From assembly GCA_028875125.1 (NCBI GenBank), contig JAPPGC010000027.1, positions 4,781-68,780 of the forward strand: DNA of 64,000 bases, written 5' to 3'. A program made the translations under genes and the position numbers. The notes beneath the pieces are model-generated. The model was given only the letters and a program-made list of their open reading frames with translations, searched no databases and had not been told where the DNA came from. Position 1 is the stretch's first letter; each line of letters starts with the position of its first letter. Shown in pieces: positions 9,445 to 20,218 of this stretch. The DNA comes from Bacteroidota bacterium. Lineage in GTDB: Bacteria > Bacteroidota > Rhodothermia > Rhodothermales > Bin80.

Positions 9445-10905
9445 TCAGTTGTAGCGCCGGACCAGTGAGTTCACAAATGATTCCTGGATCGCGTGAATGG
9501 GGCTGTGATGGCCGTGGAAATGATTCGCAAAAATCACAAAAGCCAACATAGCCCCATCTTCCCGCATCACGTACCCTGCAAGAGCACTTACATTTCCAAG
9601 GGATCCCGTCTTGGCGCGGACGCGCCCGAATCCAGCCGCATTCCCTCTGAATCGATACTCAAGGGTTCCGTCCTTCCCGCCGACAGCCAATGAAGTCAAA
9701 AAGGATTCTCTGATGCTAGTGTCGGGATGCAGTGCCATATATCGGAGCAGTTTCATGGTCATTGCAGGCGTTACCAGGTTTTTCCGGGAAAGACCAGAGC
9801 CATCCACCAGTTGGAGTCTGGAAGTGTCAATTCTAGCTGCGTCATACGTTCGCATGGCAGCAGCTACTCCCATAGCGGCTGAACCGGGCTCAGAATCTTC
9901 TTCCGGATTCGGGTACTCAACCCCCAGCGTTTTCAGCAGGTGCTCGGCATAAAGATTGTGGCTCTCTTTGTTTATGGTGGCAACCAACTCGGACAGCGGA
10001 GCGGAAGTATGCCGTGCGACTACGCGGGCATTCTGATAATCAAGTGCAGTCGACAGACTATCTACATCAACGGATTTCCCCCGGACAAGAATACCGCGGG
10101 AATCCAGTAAAGTCCGCAGCCCGTGAACGAAATAGAGCGTTGGATTGTGAACGGACAGCTCTTCGGGGTCAGAATATCCAAGCGGAACCGCACTCGAAAT
10201 TGTGATATGATTTGAATTAGGCTCACGCGCATGTCCTTCTTCAAGTTCTTGTCCACGGGGAAGGGTCACCGACCGGTTGTGGAAAATGAAATAATCCATC
10301 AGTTCAGGCGTGACAGATAACTGGCCTGGTGTGCCGGGCTGGGTTGGATGCACCTCCACCTCCACAATGGCGTCGTAGAAAGTCAGTCCACTGACCTGTG
10401 GGGCGTAACCGTATACAAGATCGTCCCAGCTCCAGTCCGCGCCAAGTGGAATGTCATCAAACGCGTTATCGTCCCCAATCACATGGCCGCCTATTTCGTG
10501 TATTCCAAGAGCGAGTAAAGAGTCTGCGAAGGCGTTGAACAGGTCCATGTGATCCGGGCCTGGGGCGCCGGTGGAGGGATCGCCCGCCCCACGTATAACC
10601 AAGTTTCCTTGCAGTGTATGGGTAATCTGAGGACCGTCCGCATACAGCTGAGTAACATAGTGGTAGTCGGGGCCTAGCTGATCGAGTGCCGCCGCAGTTG
10701 TGAACAGCTTCGTAACTGAAGCAGGCATAAAACTATGCTCAACATTACGCATGAAGAGCGTGTCTCCTGTGGTTACGTCGGTAACCATGGCGCCCCACCA
10801 CGTGTAAGGACGGACATCAAGGATGGAGTCAAGTACACCTTGCGCTCGACACACGCCGATTGAGAATACGAACGATAAAGCGAGGCAGGTTGCAAATTGC
10901 CGCAT
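9445..10905 (-). CDS. dacB: D-alanyl-D-alanine carboxypeptidase/endopeptidase (PBP4, peptidase S13)
   Basis: 486 aa with signal peptide MRQFATCLALSFVFSIGVCRAQG. The SxxK motif is SVTKLF and the KTG motif is KTGSLGNVSALAGY. Confidence 0.88.
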   Translation of the reverse strand: MRQFATCLALSFVFSIGVCRAQGVLDSILDVRPYTWWGAMVTDVTTGDTLFMRNVEHSFMPASVTKLFTTAAALDQLGPDYHYVTQLYADGPQITHTLQGNLVIRGAGDPSTGAPGPDHMDLFNAFADSLLALGIHEIGGHVIGDDNAFDDIPLGADWSWDDLVYGYAPQVSGLTFYDAIVEVEVHPTQPGTPGQLSVTPELMDYFIFHNRSVTLPRGQELEEGHAREPNSNHITISSAVPLGYSDPEELSVHNPTLYFVHGLRTLLDSRGILVRGKSVDVDSLSTALDYQNARVVARHTSAPLSELVATINKESHNLYAEHLLKTLGVEYPNPEEDSEPGSAAMGVAAAMRTYDAARIDTSRLQLVDGSGLSRKNLVTPAMTMKLLRYMALHPDTSIRESFLTSLAVGGKDGTLEYRFRGNAAGFGRVRAKTGSLGNVSALAGYVMREDGAMLAFVIFANHFHGHHSPIHAIQESFVNSLVRRYN

Positions 10906-10918
10906 AGTACGGGGATTG

Positions 10919-11743
10919 CTAATTGTTCGATAGGGACTCTAGTACAATTGCCGCAGAGTCCGGTCGATTCAGGATAACGAACGCAAAATGCGCGGTACTT
11001 AAAGGTGCGGCGGGGGTTACTTTGATCTGCCAGTAATTACTGCCTGCCTGGCGATTAGACTCAAGGATGGTACCGATAGGCATGTTCGGGGGAAAAATCC
11101 CACTGGCCTCATGTGTAATGACACGCTGTCCATACTGAACATCTGCGCTTACGACAATTTCCTTGAGCTCCAGCACGTCGGGCTCATTGCTTCCCCCTGA
11201 GATGATCCCTATGACGCGAAGTGTATCAATCATGGCAGGCACATGAAACTGCGAGTGGAGGTGCGGCAACACGGTGCTGTAGTCACGACTGACATCAATC
11301 ACACGCCCCAGAATTCCCAAGTGACTGACAACGGCCATATTGACCTCCACGCCGTCTGCACTACCGACATCAAGGGTGAAAAAATTCGTTGTTCCGAACG
11401 GTTCGCGTGCGACGATGCGTGCGGCCACGGTCTCGAGACCGCTGTCATTCTTCCAATCCAGGGCCTGACGCAGATCCTGATTCTCGAGATCCACAACACG
11501 CAATCTGGCCAACTCACTGGTATGTCTGAGATGGGCATCTCTGAGCGCTTGGTTCTCATTGAAGGCACGCAGTGCCTTCGCAGCCCAAGACATTCGGTAT
11601 TCAACAGTTCCGGCTATTTGTAATGCTTGGCTGCGAACCCCTCGCATGAGCGGCCGATTAGCATTGGTCATAACAATAAGCGAGACAATCAGCAATGCGG
11701 ACAAAAGAGCATAATCACGCAGGCGGTACCACAAGTCTATCAT
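10919..11743 (-). CDS. mreC: rod shape-determining protein MreC
   Basis: 274 aa with an N-terminal TM segment. A coiled-coil stretch reads NQALRDAHLRHTSELARLRVVDLENQDLRQAL and is followed by a beta-rich C-domain. It lies directly downstream of mreB. Confidence 0.85.
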   Translation of the reverse strand: MIDLWYRLRDYALLSALLIVSLIVMTNANRPLMRGVRSQALQIAGTVEYRMSWAAKALRAFNENQALRDAHLRHTSELARLRVVDLENQDLRQALDWKNDSGLETVAARIVAREPFGTTNFFTLDVGSADGVEVNMAVVSHLGILGRVIDVSRDYSTVLPHLHSQFHVPAMIDTLRVIGIISGGSNEPDVLELKEIVVSADVQYGQRVITHEASGIFPPNMPIGTILESNRQAGSNYWQIKVTPAAPLSTAHFAFVILNRPDSAAIVLESLSNN

Positions 11744-11866
11744 TCCATCACGAGGTTTGAGCCATTCACGGTGTGGCGCCGACCTTTCCAGGCATTTTTG
11801 TCCTCGGCACGCATGGCATCGTGGAATGCAGCGATCTGGGGCATCCCCCTTCGTCTATCATCCGGC

Positions 11867-12877
11867 CTACAGCAAGATGTCTGAGTACGCTGGTACGTTT
11901 TCCAGAACCTTGCCGGTTCCACGGGCCACGGCGGTGAAGGGATCATCTGCCGTGTGGACGGGAAGATCAACACGATTACGAATAATGACATCCATTCCTT
12001 TCAGGAGTGCACCTCCACCGGTTAGCATGATGCCCCGTTCAAGGATATCTGCTCCCAGTTCCGGGGGCGTCGCTTCAAGGCATGCCATAACGGCCGATGT
12101 GATGTTGCTGACGGTCGAGCTGATCGCAGTGCGCACATCCTCGGACGTGATCGTATGTACTTTCGGCATGCCGCTGCTCGAGTCCTGTCCACTGATGAAC
12201 AGCTCCAGTTCGGGTTCCATAACGATCGCGCTGCCGACCTCTCGCTTAATTCGTTCAGCAGTGCGCTGTCCGATGATTAGGTTGTGATAATATTTGAGGT
12301 AGGCTAAAATGGCCGCATCGATCTCGTTCCCTCCGGTACGTATCGATTGATCTATTACGATGCCATTGAGTGCGATGACCGCGATTTCTGTTGTGCCTCC
12401 CCCGATGTCCACGATCATATTTCCAATAGGCTCATGGACTTTCAGGCCAATCCCGATGGCCGCTGCCATGGGCTCCGCAATCAAGTGCACTTTTCTTGCA
12501 CCGGCATGCTCAGCACTGTCGCGGACCGCCCGCTTTTCAACCTCTGTTGTTCCGCTGGGAATGCAGATGACCATCTGCCGAATCGTTTTCAACCATCCGG
12601 TCTGGACTTTTCTGATCAGACCACGGATGAGTTGCTCAGCCAACTCAAAATCGGCGATAACCCCATCCTTGAGCGGATGCACAGTCTCAATTTTGCGGTG
12701 TGTCTTTTCGTGCATCGGCAATGCATCATTGCCAATGGCGAGTACTTTGTTAGTTTGGCGGTCAACTGCGACGATACTGGCTTCGCTAAGGACAATACCC
12801 TGCCCTTTCACGTAGACTAATGTGTTGGCCGTACCAAGATCCACGGCTACGTCGGTATTCAGACTGTAGAATGGCAT
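11867..12877 (-). CDS. mreB: rod shape-determining protein MreB
   Basis: Actin-like ATPase motifs include [11 protein letters not shown] and [11 protein letters not shown]. The ORF track starts at 12925, but the ATG at 12877 ([18 protein letters not shown]) gives the canonical N-terminus. Confidence 0.95.
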   Translation of the reverse strand: MPFYSLNTDVAVDLGTANTLVYVKGQGIVLSEASIVAVDRQTNKVLAIGNDALPMHEKTHRKIETVHPLKDGVIADFELAEQLIRGLIRKVQTGWLKTIRQMVICIPSGTTEVEKRAVRDSAEHAGARKVHLIAEPMAAAIGIGLKVHEPIGNMIVDIGGGTTEIAVIALNGIVIDQSIRTGGNEIDAAILAYLKYYHNLIIGQRTAERIKREVGSAIVMEPELELFISGQDSSSGMPKVHTITSEDVRTAISSTVSNITSAVMACLEATPPELGADILERGIMLTGGGALLKGMDVIIRNRVDLPVHTADDPFTAVARGTGKVLENVPAYSDILL

Positions 12878-12940
12878 GGGTGTGCGCTTTCCAGAAAAAC
12901 CAGCGGAACGAATCTTAAGATACACTTCTGCGGTTGGTTA

Positions 12941-14509
12941 TCAATGTCGAAAATGCCTTCTTCCGGTGAACACCATAGCCATGCCGCGTGAATCTGCTGC
13001 AGCAATTACTTCCTTATCCCTCACTGATCCACCGGGCTGGACTGCTGCTACGGCTCCACCGTCTGCCGCTGCAAGCAGGCCATCAGGAAATGGATAAAAC
13101 GCATCGGAAGCAACGACGCAGCCATCGAAGCTCAAGCCGGACTTGGCACCCTTTGCCAAGGCGATCTCAGAAGAATCTATTCGACTCATCTGACCGGCTC
13201 CAATTCCCAATGTTCGTTGATCTTTGGCATAGACAATCGCGTTACTCTTCACATGTTTGGCTACGCGCCAGGCAAACCTGAGGTCAAGAAGTTCACGCTG
13301 CGTCGGTGTTCGACTTGTGACCGGTGTAAACGAGTCCTTATCGGCCGGGCTGTCAATGGTTTGGCAGAGCAGCCCGCCAAGTACCTCGCGCATCTGATAT
13401 CCTTCACTAGGAACAGGTTTGAATGTAATAATTCGACGATTCTTTTTTTCCTGAAGCAATGCCAATGCATCATCATCAAAGGATGGTGCAATGACCAATT
13501 CCGTAAAGATACGCCCAACAGCTTTTGCTACATCAATGCCGCAGGGTTTATTCATGACTACAATGCCCCCAAAAGGCGATTGTGTATCGGTTGCAAAGGC
13601 ATGCTGCCAAGCCTCCAGGAGCGTTCCAGCAGTTGCAACGCCGCAGGGATTGGTGTGCTTGAGAATAGCTATGGTTGGATCTTCATCGGTAAACTCCTGG
13701 ATAAGAGCCAGCGCGGCATCAAGGTCAATCAGGTTGTTGTACGAGAGTGCTTTGCCGTGGAGTTTTGTAATCCGGTCTTCCAGGCTGCCGTAGAACGCGG
13801 CATTCTGGTGAGGATTCTCTCCGTAGCGCAGCGTAGCCTTACTAGAGAGATGTATGCTCGCATGCGCTGGGAGCGGGCTTTCCTGATCATTTCCGAAATA
13901 GGCGGAGATAGCCTGATCATAAGCAGCCGTTCGCGTAAAGGCCATGCGTGCCAGTTGATGTCTGAGGGCTAGCGAGAGATGTCCATGTGCGTTACCCAGT
14001 GATGTCAAGATATCTCCGTATTCGTCCGGTGAAGTGACCACCGCTACGTAAGTAAAGTTCTTGGCCGCGGCCCGCACCATGGCAGGCCCACCAATGTCAA
14101 TGTTTTCCGCAGCGATAGCATCATTAACGTCGGGTCGTTGGATCGCTTCAGTAAAAGGGTAAAGGTTGACCACGACAAGTTCAAACGGTTGTATACCGTG
14201 CAGGTCCAGATCATTCCGATCGTCTTTCGCATTCTGTCTGGCAAGAATCCCGGCATGGATTGCTGGATGAAGCGTCTTAACTCTCCCTCCAAGCATAGCC
14301 GGTGCTTTAGTGACCTCGGCAACATCTACCACTTCCAATCCGGCGGAACGCAGATGTCTGGCAGTACCCCCGGAAGAGACAAGCTCAATTCCATAGCTTT
14401 GGAGCCCTTCTGCGAACGGGATCAATTCGTTCTTGTCGTAGACCGACAACAGGGCACGGCGCGGGCGCACCCCATCGGGGACAGGTATATTCAGTGGATC
14501 AATCGTCAT
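12941..14509 (-). CDS. purH: bifunctional AICAR formyltransferase / IMP cyclohydrolase PurH
   Basis: 522 aa. The N-terminal MGS-like domain reads [18 protein letters not shown]...[10 protein letters not shown]. The AICARFT domain reads [11 protein letters not shown]. The C-terminus reads ...[11 protein letters not shown]. Confidence 0.96.
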   Translation of the reverse strand: MTIDPLNIPVPDGVRPRRALLSVYDKNELIPFAEGLQSYGIELVSSGGTARHLRSAGLEVVDVAEVTKAPAMLGGRVKTLHPAIHAGILARQNAKDDRNDLDLHGIQPFELVVVNLYPFTEAIQRPDVNDAIAAENIDIGGPAMVRAAAKNFTYVAVVTSPDEYGDILTSLGNAHGHLSLALRHQLARMAFTRTAAYDQAISAYFGNDQESPLPAHASIHLSSKATLRYGENPHQNAAFYGSLEDRITKLHGKALSYNNLIDLDAALALIQEFTDEDPTIAILKHTNPCGVATAGTLLEAWQHAFATDTQSPFGGIVVMNKPCGIDVAKAVGRIFTELVIAPSFDDDALALLQEKKNRRIITFKPVPSEGYQMREVLGGLLCQTIDSPADKDSFTPVTSRTPTQRELLDLRFAWRVAKHVKSNAIVYAKDQRTLGIGAGQMSRIDSSEIALAKGAKSGLSFDGCVVASDAFYPFPDGLLAAADGGAVAAVQPGGSVRDKEVIAAADSRGMAMVFTGRRHFRH

Positions 14510-15128
14510 GTGTTTTTATAGGTTGAATTATCACGCGTCGACCTTTGATCTGAACGCGCCCCTGGGAAATTAAATCAATTGCCTCAGGAAAAATCTTATG
14601 TTCAACGACCAAGACACGCTCAGCAAGGGAGTCTGGTGTATCGTCCGGTAGCACGGGCACCTTTTTCTGTAGCAGGATAGGACCAGTGTCATATTCTTCA
14701 TCCACAAAATGGACCGTCGCTCCGCTGAAAGATTCCTTGGCCTCCAGCACCGCTTTATGTACACGGTGTCCATAGAGCCCTTTTCCTCCAAAACGTGGCA
14801 GCAGGGCGGGGTGAATATTCAGGATACGTCCCCAGAACGCTTCTACAACCGGCACAGGGACTTTGCATAGATAACCGGCGAGTGCAATCAGGTCTATTTT
14901 TTCGGCATGCAGGAGATCAATCAGAGCATTTGCGTACAGCTTGTCGCTCTCAAAAGCTCGGGGGGAGAGCACTTGTGCGGGCACGTCGAGCGCACGGGCG
15001 CGGTCAAGAACGCCAGCCTTGGATCTGTTGCAAACTACCAACGTGACACGATAATTACGGGCATTTTCAGCGATTGCCTGAAAATTTGATCCTCCGCCTG
15101 AGGCGAATACAGCGACACGCAGATTCAT
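14499..15128 (-). CDS. purN: phosphoribosylglycinamide formyltransferase PurN
   Basis: MNLRVAVFASGGGSNFQAI..., NIHPALLPRFGGKGLYG and FVDEEYDTGPI are present. The ORF track extends to 15227, but the ATG at 15128 gives the canonical start and removes the overlap with ldcA. Confidence 0.9.
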   Translation of the reverse strand: MNLRVAVFASGGGSNFQAIAENARNYRVTLVVCNRSKAGVLDRARALDVPAQVLSPRAFESDKLYANALIDLLHAEKIDLIALAGYLCKVPVPVVEAFWGRILNIHPALLPRFGGKGLYGHRVHKAVLEAKESFSGATVHFVDEEYDTGPILLQKKVPVLPDDTPDSLAERVLVVEHKIFPEAIDLISQGRVQIKGRRVIIQPIKTHDD

Positions 15129-15171
15129 GCACAAGCCATCGGTAATACGCAGGGTTGACAAAAATAGGTCA

Positions 15172-16113
15172 TCACTTCTGTCCGGTTTGGAAAAATTTAG
15201 GATGAACGACCGGCTCCAGGATGTCAAGTCGCCCTTCGTTGACCCTTGCGGTCAGGCGGGCGAGCACCCCGATAGGCAGTACATGACGGGGAATAAAATG
15301 GCCGTAGGTAAGCCCCGCTACGACCGGCCATGTGTATCCGCTGGCATATCCGGCGATAATTTCGTTCACGTCGCGTCGTGACTGTTCGTCGTTGATGTCC
15401 GGCCCTGTAAAAGCACCGACGATTAAACCCCCGAGTTTGTTAAGTATTCCAGCATTTTTCAGTTGCGCGAACAGTGCATCAATCCGGTAAGGTGCCTCGT
15501 TCACATCTTCAATGAACAGCAGTGCCCCCTGGAAGCTTGGCAGATGTGGAGAGCCGATCATTCTAACAATCGAAGAGAGATTGCCTCCCAGGAGTGTTCC
15601 CGTACATTGACCTTCCTGCAATGTCTGCAAGTCCGTTACGGGAGGTGGAAGTTGTCCTTCAAGAAGTTCACGCAAGGCCTCTTTCATAGCAGTGTCAATC
15701 TCCCCCCATTCAACGACCACAGGTCCTGAAACAGATCGCCATCCTGCGTGCTTGAACAGAGAGAGCTGCAGGGCGGTAATGTCGCTATAGCCAATCAGGA
15801 CGCCTCGTTCACGCTGTGCGGCGTTGTAGTCAATCTTGTCCAAAATCCGTAAGCAGCCGTATCCTCCCCGGAGTGCCATCAAGAACCGGTTTCTCATAAG
15901 TGCTTGATTGAACTGTTCCGTACGTTGCGTATCTGACCCGGCCAGATAGCCGTACGGTATAAGTTGATCTGGATCCCAATGAGTCACATATCCATCTGCA
16001 GCAAGCACGCTTAATCCGCGTTCCAGTCTTTCAGGTATTCGAGGCGGGCTCGCTGGGGCCACTATACCAAGTGGCTGATCGGGGAGGCGTGCGGAGGATC
16101 GAATGTAATTCAT
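15172..16113 (-). CDS. ldcA: LD-carboxypeptidase (peptidase S66, muramoyltetrapeptide carboxypeptidase-like)
   Basis: 313 aa. LGIVAPASPP is at the N-terminus and the nucleophile motif is GYSDITALQ. The C-terminal catalytic domain contains TYGHF. Confidence 0.85.
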   Translation of the reverse strand: MNYIRSSARLPDQPLGIVAPASPPRIPERLERGLSVLAADGYVTHWDPDQLIPYGYLAGSDTQRTEQFNQALMRNRFLMALRGGYGCLRILDKIDYNAAQRERGVLIGYSDITALQLSLFKHAGWRSVSGPVVVEWGEIDTAMKEALRELLEGQLPPPVTDLQTLQEGQCTGTLLGGNLSSIVRMIGSPHLPSFQGALLFIEDVNEAPYRIDALFAQLKNAGILNKLGGLIVGAFTGPDINDEQSRRDVNEIIAGYASGYTWPVVAGLTYGHFIPRHVLPIGVLARLTARVNEGRLDILEPVVHPKFFQTGQK

Positions 16114-16127
16114 TTTGTGCGAAAGAT

Positions 16128-16850
16128 ATGCCGAATTTTATTGACGGACAGGTAATTCGCTCCGGTGATTGTACGCCCTCCGGTCAAACTGTTGTCATAC
16201 GTCCACCGGAATACTGGCCAAACCTGGCCTTTGCAGCATTGATGCAAGCCGCAGACATAGTTGTCTTGGCGGACACCCTTCAATACAGCCGTCAGTCGCT
16301 ACAGAATCGTACACGTGTTCGTAATCCCGACGGATGGCAGTGGGTATCGGTACCGCTGAAAGGGGGGCAGCACGGTCGGTCACAGGCTGACACCCGCATC
16401 CGCCAGGTACCAGGCTGGCGGAAACAACATTGGAAAGCAATTGCGTTCAATTATGGCCAGTCACCGTACTTTGATCATTACGGAGAAACAGTCAGAGCGC
16501 TTTACAACCGAGAATGGGAATATTTGGGGGCATTGAATGTTGCAACTACCCGGTTGGTATTTCGATGGATGGGTTTCTCGGCGAACCTGCTGACCGCTAC
16601 GGAATTGGAGGGGCGTCCTGACAGTATGGAAGCGATCCTGGCTTTCTGGCAGGAGGCGCAGCTATTGGCACCCGCCGAGATACCTGAACCATGTGCCACT
16701 CGTCGTTTGTATTTTTCGCAGCCGGATTACCGTCAGACCTTCGTCGGGTTTGCACCCGGCATGACGGTACTGGACCTGATTTTTAACTACGGACCCGAAA
16801 GCGCGGACATCCTTCGCAGAGGTACACGTATTGAGCTAATTGACAGATAA
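16128..16850 (+). CDS. WbqC-like family protein
   Basis: The ORF contains YWPNLAFAALMQAADIVVLADTLQYSRQSLQNRTRV...GWQWVSVPL...HWKAIAFNYGQSPYF, the WbqC family pattern. The track ORF begins at GTG 16071, inside ldcA. The ATG at 16128 is more plausible. Confidence 0.7.
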   Translation: MPNFIDGQVIRSGDCTPSGQTVVIRPPEYWPNLAFAALMQAADIVVLADTLQYSRQSLQNRTRVRNPDGWQWVSVPLKGGQHGRSQADTRIRQVPGWRKQHWKAIAFNYGQSPYFDHYGETVRALYNREWEYLGALNVATTRLVFRWMGFSANLLTATELEGRPDSMEAILAFWQEAQLLAPAEIPEPCATRRLYFSQPDYRQTFVGFAPGMTVLDLIFNYGPESADILRRGTRIELIDR

Positions 16851-16855
16851 AACCA

Positions 16856-17947
16856 ATGGACGTAATTGATCTTTCCTTTCTGGAGCAGCAAGTATTGTGG
16901 GGGGTCTCAGTCGGTCGTTTGATCCTCTCAGGCCTGCTTCTTCTATTGGGCATCCTGGCCTACCGCTTCGTGCGGAGGGTATTGGGAGGTCTGCTGAAGC
17001 GGTTTAACAAGAGCGGAGATGTAGATGTGATCGACGATGTAAACCGCCTGCTCACCAAACCTCTTAGCCTGTTGATCAATGTGGTCCTCTGGAATGGCGT
17101 GATCGGTTTGCTCACACTTCCTGAGGCGCCGCTGAACGTACATAAATGGTTCAGTATCGCAGGCGCGGTGGTGGTGTTGCTTGTAGCACTCTACTGCGCA
17201 TTTCATGTAGTGGATGTGTTCGCGGGGATTGCGAGGCGTGCAGCCGAAAAAACTGAAACACGGCTGGATGACCAATTGATTGCACCGGTTACTAACACGC
17301 TGAAGCTGGTCCTGGTGCTGGTCGCCATGGCCGCCATAATAGGGCAGTTCGGTGGCTCGGCCGCGGGCTTAATTGCAAGCCTCAGCATCGGTGGGCTGGC
17401 GCTGGCTTTTGCGGCAAAGGACACATTGGCGAATGTTTTTGGGTCGCTTGTGATTTTCAGTGAACGTCCTTTTCAGATCGGGGATGTCATAGATGTAGGT
17501 GGAGTTAACGGAGTGGTGGAGGAAGTTGGTGTTCGCAGTACGCAAATTCGAAAATTCGACAAAACCGTTTCGATTCTGCCCAACCAAACCTTCACCAATG
17601 CGGAAATCTGCAATCTGTCCAAAAGAGATGCCAGGCGGATCCGTTTTGAGGTTACGTTCACGCACGAGGTCACCTCGCTTCAGCTGGAGCAGTTTCTGAC
17701 TTCGGTCAGGGAATCACTGGATCAGCGAACAGACATCCATTCGGATCAGAGTCTGGTTCGCCTTACGAACATGAACACCAATGGACTGGTCGTTCTTGTC
17801 TTGGCATTCACCAAGTCGACAGGATACGACGAGTTCATGTTGACGCAGGAAGAGATTTTGCTTGGCGTTCGCAAACTCGCAGAAGAGCAGGGATTGCCTA
17901 TAATGCCGGCAAAGGAAATCCACCTTTCCAGTCAGCCCACGAATTAG
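16856..17947 (+). CDS. mechanosensitive ion channel (MscS family)
   Basis: 363 aa with N-terminal TM helices. The MscS beta-domain reads PFQIGDVIDVGGVNGVVEEVGVRSTQIRKFDKTVSILPN. Confidence 0.88.
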   Translation: MDVIDLSFLEQQVLWGVSVGRLILSGLLLLLGILAYRFVRRVLGGLLKRFNKSGDVDVIDDVNRLLTKPLSLLINVVLWNGVIGLLTLPEAPLNVHKWFSIAGAVVVLLVALYCAFHVVDVFAGIARRAAEKTETRLDDQLIAPVTNTLKLVLVLVAMAAIIGQFGGSAAGLIASLSIGGLALAFAAKDTLANVFGSLVIFSERPFQIGDVIDVGGVNGVVEEVGVRSTQIRKFDKTVSILPNQTFTNAEICNLSKRDARRIRFEVTFTHEVTSLQLEQFLTSVRESLDQRTDIHSDQSLVRLTNMNTNGLVVLVLAFTKSTGYDEFMLTQEEILLGVRKLAEEQGLPIMPAKEIHLSSQPTN

Positions 17948-18031
17948 CGCGGGATCACACCGCGGAATTCCCGAACACCTGGTTGCAGGTATGGGGAAGG
18001 TCAGTATCTTAGCACATCACGAGCGTTAGTC

Positions 18032-18286
18032 TTGCACATGACTTCCAAACGGTATTGGCGAACTAACCTGCAGTACGTAGGGATACTCCTTGGGATTTGG
18101 TTTTTGGTATCATTTGGCGCCAGCGTGCTACTGGTTGATGTGCTGGATGGGATTCGCATGTTTGGCTTCAAACTGGGCTTCTGGTTTGCGCAGCAGGGAG
18201 CCATATACGTTTTTGTTCTGATCATTTTTATATACGTGGTCTTGATGAACCGGCTGGACAAAAAGTCAATTTCGGAGGAGACATGA
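18032..18286 (+). CDS. DUF4212 small membrane subunit of a solute:sodium symporter
   Basis: 84 aa with two TM segments (YWRTNLQYVGILLGIWFLVSFG...GFWFAQQGAIYVFVLIIFIY). Its stop overlaps the start of the following SSS gene by 4 nt. Confidence 0.8.
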   Translation: MHMTSKRYWRTNLQYVGILLGIWFLVSFGASVLLVDVLDGIRMFGFKLGFWFAQQGAIYVFVLIIFIYVVLMNRLDKKSISEET

Positions 18287-19962
18287 CGGTGCAGGCATGG
18301 ACCTTCATTATGGTGGGGCTCTCCTTTGCACTTTATATCGGAGTTGCCATTTGGTCTCGTGCGGGGTCGACTGGAGAGTTCTATGTGGCCGGTGGGCGTG
18401 TTCATCCTGTGCTGAACGGAATGGCTACGGCGGCCGACTGGATGAGCGCAGCTTCGTTTATCTCAATGGCGGGGTTGATCGCGTTCATGGGCAGGGATGG
18501 TAGTGTTTATCTCCTCGGGTGGACCGGGGGGTACGTGCTTTTGGCTTTGCTGCTTGCTCCGTACCTGCGCAAATTTGGAAAATTTACTGTCCCTGACTTC
18601 GTGGGGGATCGGTATTACTCCCAGACTGCCCGCTTCGTCGCGGTGTTGTGCGCCATTTTTGTGTCGTTCACCTATGTGGCAGGCCAGATGCGTGGCGTGG
18701 GTATCGTGTTTTCGCGCTTCCTTGAAATTGATATTGTGCTGGGCGTGCTTATAGGTATGGGTATCGTGTTTTTCTACGCTGTACTCGGAGGTATGCGAGG
18801 CATAACGTATACACAGGTGGCTCAGTACTGCGTACTCATTTTTGCGTACCTCGTGCCGGCAATTTTTATCTCATTGCTGATGACGGGAAATGTGATTCCC
18901 CAGATAGGTTTTGGGAGTACGCTGGCAGATGGTTCCGGCACCTACCTGTTAGAGAAACTTGATGGTCTGAGCAGGGATCTGGGTTTTGCGGCCTACACGA
19001 GCGGGCAGAAGAGCATGATTGATGTCTTTGCAATCACCGCAGCGCTTATGGTCGGGACAGCAGGTCTGCCTCATGTTATTGTCCGGTTTTACACGGTACC
19101 GCGCATGCGGGATGCACGAACAAGTGCGGGCTGGGCGCTTGTTTTTATTGCACTCCTGTACACGAGTGCACCTGCGGTTGCAGCTTTTGCCCGCACAAAT
19201 CTATTAACGACCGTTACGGATCAGCCCTATTCTGAGGTTCCAGACTGGTTCAAAAATTGGGAGCAGACCGGTCTAATCAAGTTTGAGGATAAAAATGGAG
19301 ACGGCAGGATTCAGTATGTCGGGCCGTCGGCAGATAGAGAAAACGAACTTACTATTGATCCCGACATTATGGTTCTGGCCAATCCAGAGATTGCAAGACT
19401 GCCCGGCTGGGTTATCGGGTTGGTTGCGGCAGGTGGGCTTGCTGCAGCGCTTTCCACAGCGGCCGGGCTGCTACTGGTTATTTCGACGGCCGTGGCCCGT
19501 GATCTCCTGAAAAAAGGGTTTATGCCGGAGATTTCAGAGAAGCGAGAGCTTCGGACCGCACGCATAACTGCGGGGGCTGCCGTAATCATCGCGGGCTATT
19601 TTGGTATTGATCCGCCAGGTTTTGTTGCCCAGGTCGTTGCTTTTGCTTTCGGCCTAGCGGCAGCGTCTTTCTTCCCGGCGATCATCCTGGGGATCTTTAC
19701 CCGGCGTATGAACAAATACGGAGCCGTGAGCGGCATGATTGCCGGCATAGCCTTTACCGCTTGCTACATTGTCTTTTTCAAGTTTATACGGCCTGACCTG
19801 AATGTTGCAGAGTACTGGCTTTTTGGTATTTCGCCTGAGGGCATAGGAGCAGTGGGGATGGTGCTCAATTTCGTTGTGGCCACCGTGGTCTCGAAGTTTA
19901 CTCCGCCTCCCCCTGCATCGATTGATGCACTGGTGGACAGGATCCGGGCACCGGGTGACTGA
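18283..19962 (+). CDS. sodium:solute symporter family permease (ActP / VC_2705-like subfamily)
   Basis: 559 aa and polytopic. It contains GEFYVAGGRVHPVLNGMATAADWMSAASFI and is paired with DUF4212 as is typical of this subfamily. Confidence 0.88.
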   Translation: MTVQAWTFIMVGLSFALYIGVAIWSRAGSTGEFYVAGGRVHPVLNGMATAADWMSAASFISMAGLIAFMGRDGSVYLLGWTGGYVLLALLLAPYLRKFGKFTVPDFVGDRYYSQTARFVAVLCAIFVSFTYVAGQMRGVGIVFSRFLEIDIVLGVLIGMGIVFFYAVLGGMRGITYTQVAQYCVLIFAYLVPAIFISLLMTGNVIPQIGFGSTLADGSGTYLLEKLDGLSRDLGFAAYTSGQKSMIDVFAITAALMVGTAGLPHVIVRFYTVPRMRDARTSAGWALVFIALLYTSAPAVAAFARTNLLTTVTDQPYSEVPDWFKNWEQTGLIKFEDKNGDGRIQYVGPSADRENELTIDPDIMVLANPEIARLPGWVIGLVAAGGLAAALSTAAGLLLVISTAVARDLLKKGFMPEISEKRELRTARITAGAAVIIAGYFGIDPPGFVAQVVAFAFGLAAASFFPAIILGIFTRRMNKYGAVSGMIAGIAFTACYIVFFKFIRPDLNVAEYWLFGISPEGIGAVGMVLNFVVATVVSKFTPPPPASIDALVDRIRAPGD

Positions 19963-20218
19963 GGTTTGGTAGAGGGCATGGCAACCTCAATCCAAGATGT
20001 ATTTTTGCGGGCATATCGGGGCAGGTATCGGACGATGCTGCGCTAATTAAATATGAGACCACCCGTGTCTGCTTCCGGGATAGGGCCACATGGCGATCGG
20101 TGTTCGGGTTCCACAAGATTCCACAATATGGATATACGCGCCGCTGTTGAGCAATCACTTACAGGCATAATTCGCTCACATTTATTAGATCAGTGTTTCA
20201 CAACTATGCTCCAGCGCC

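Noticed and set aside
16071-16127. An apparent 43-nt overlap of the divergent ldcA and WbqC-like ORFs.
   Set aside because: It is caused by the track choosing an upstream GTG. Using the ATG at 16128 leaves the two genes divergent with a 14-bp gap and no coding overlap.
18032-19962. The small 84-aa ORF overlapping the start of a symporter as a possible novel micro-protein or regulator.
   Set aside because: This is the well-known DUF4212 small subunit and SSS permease pairing. It is annotated as a feature, not as a novelty.
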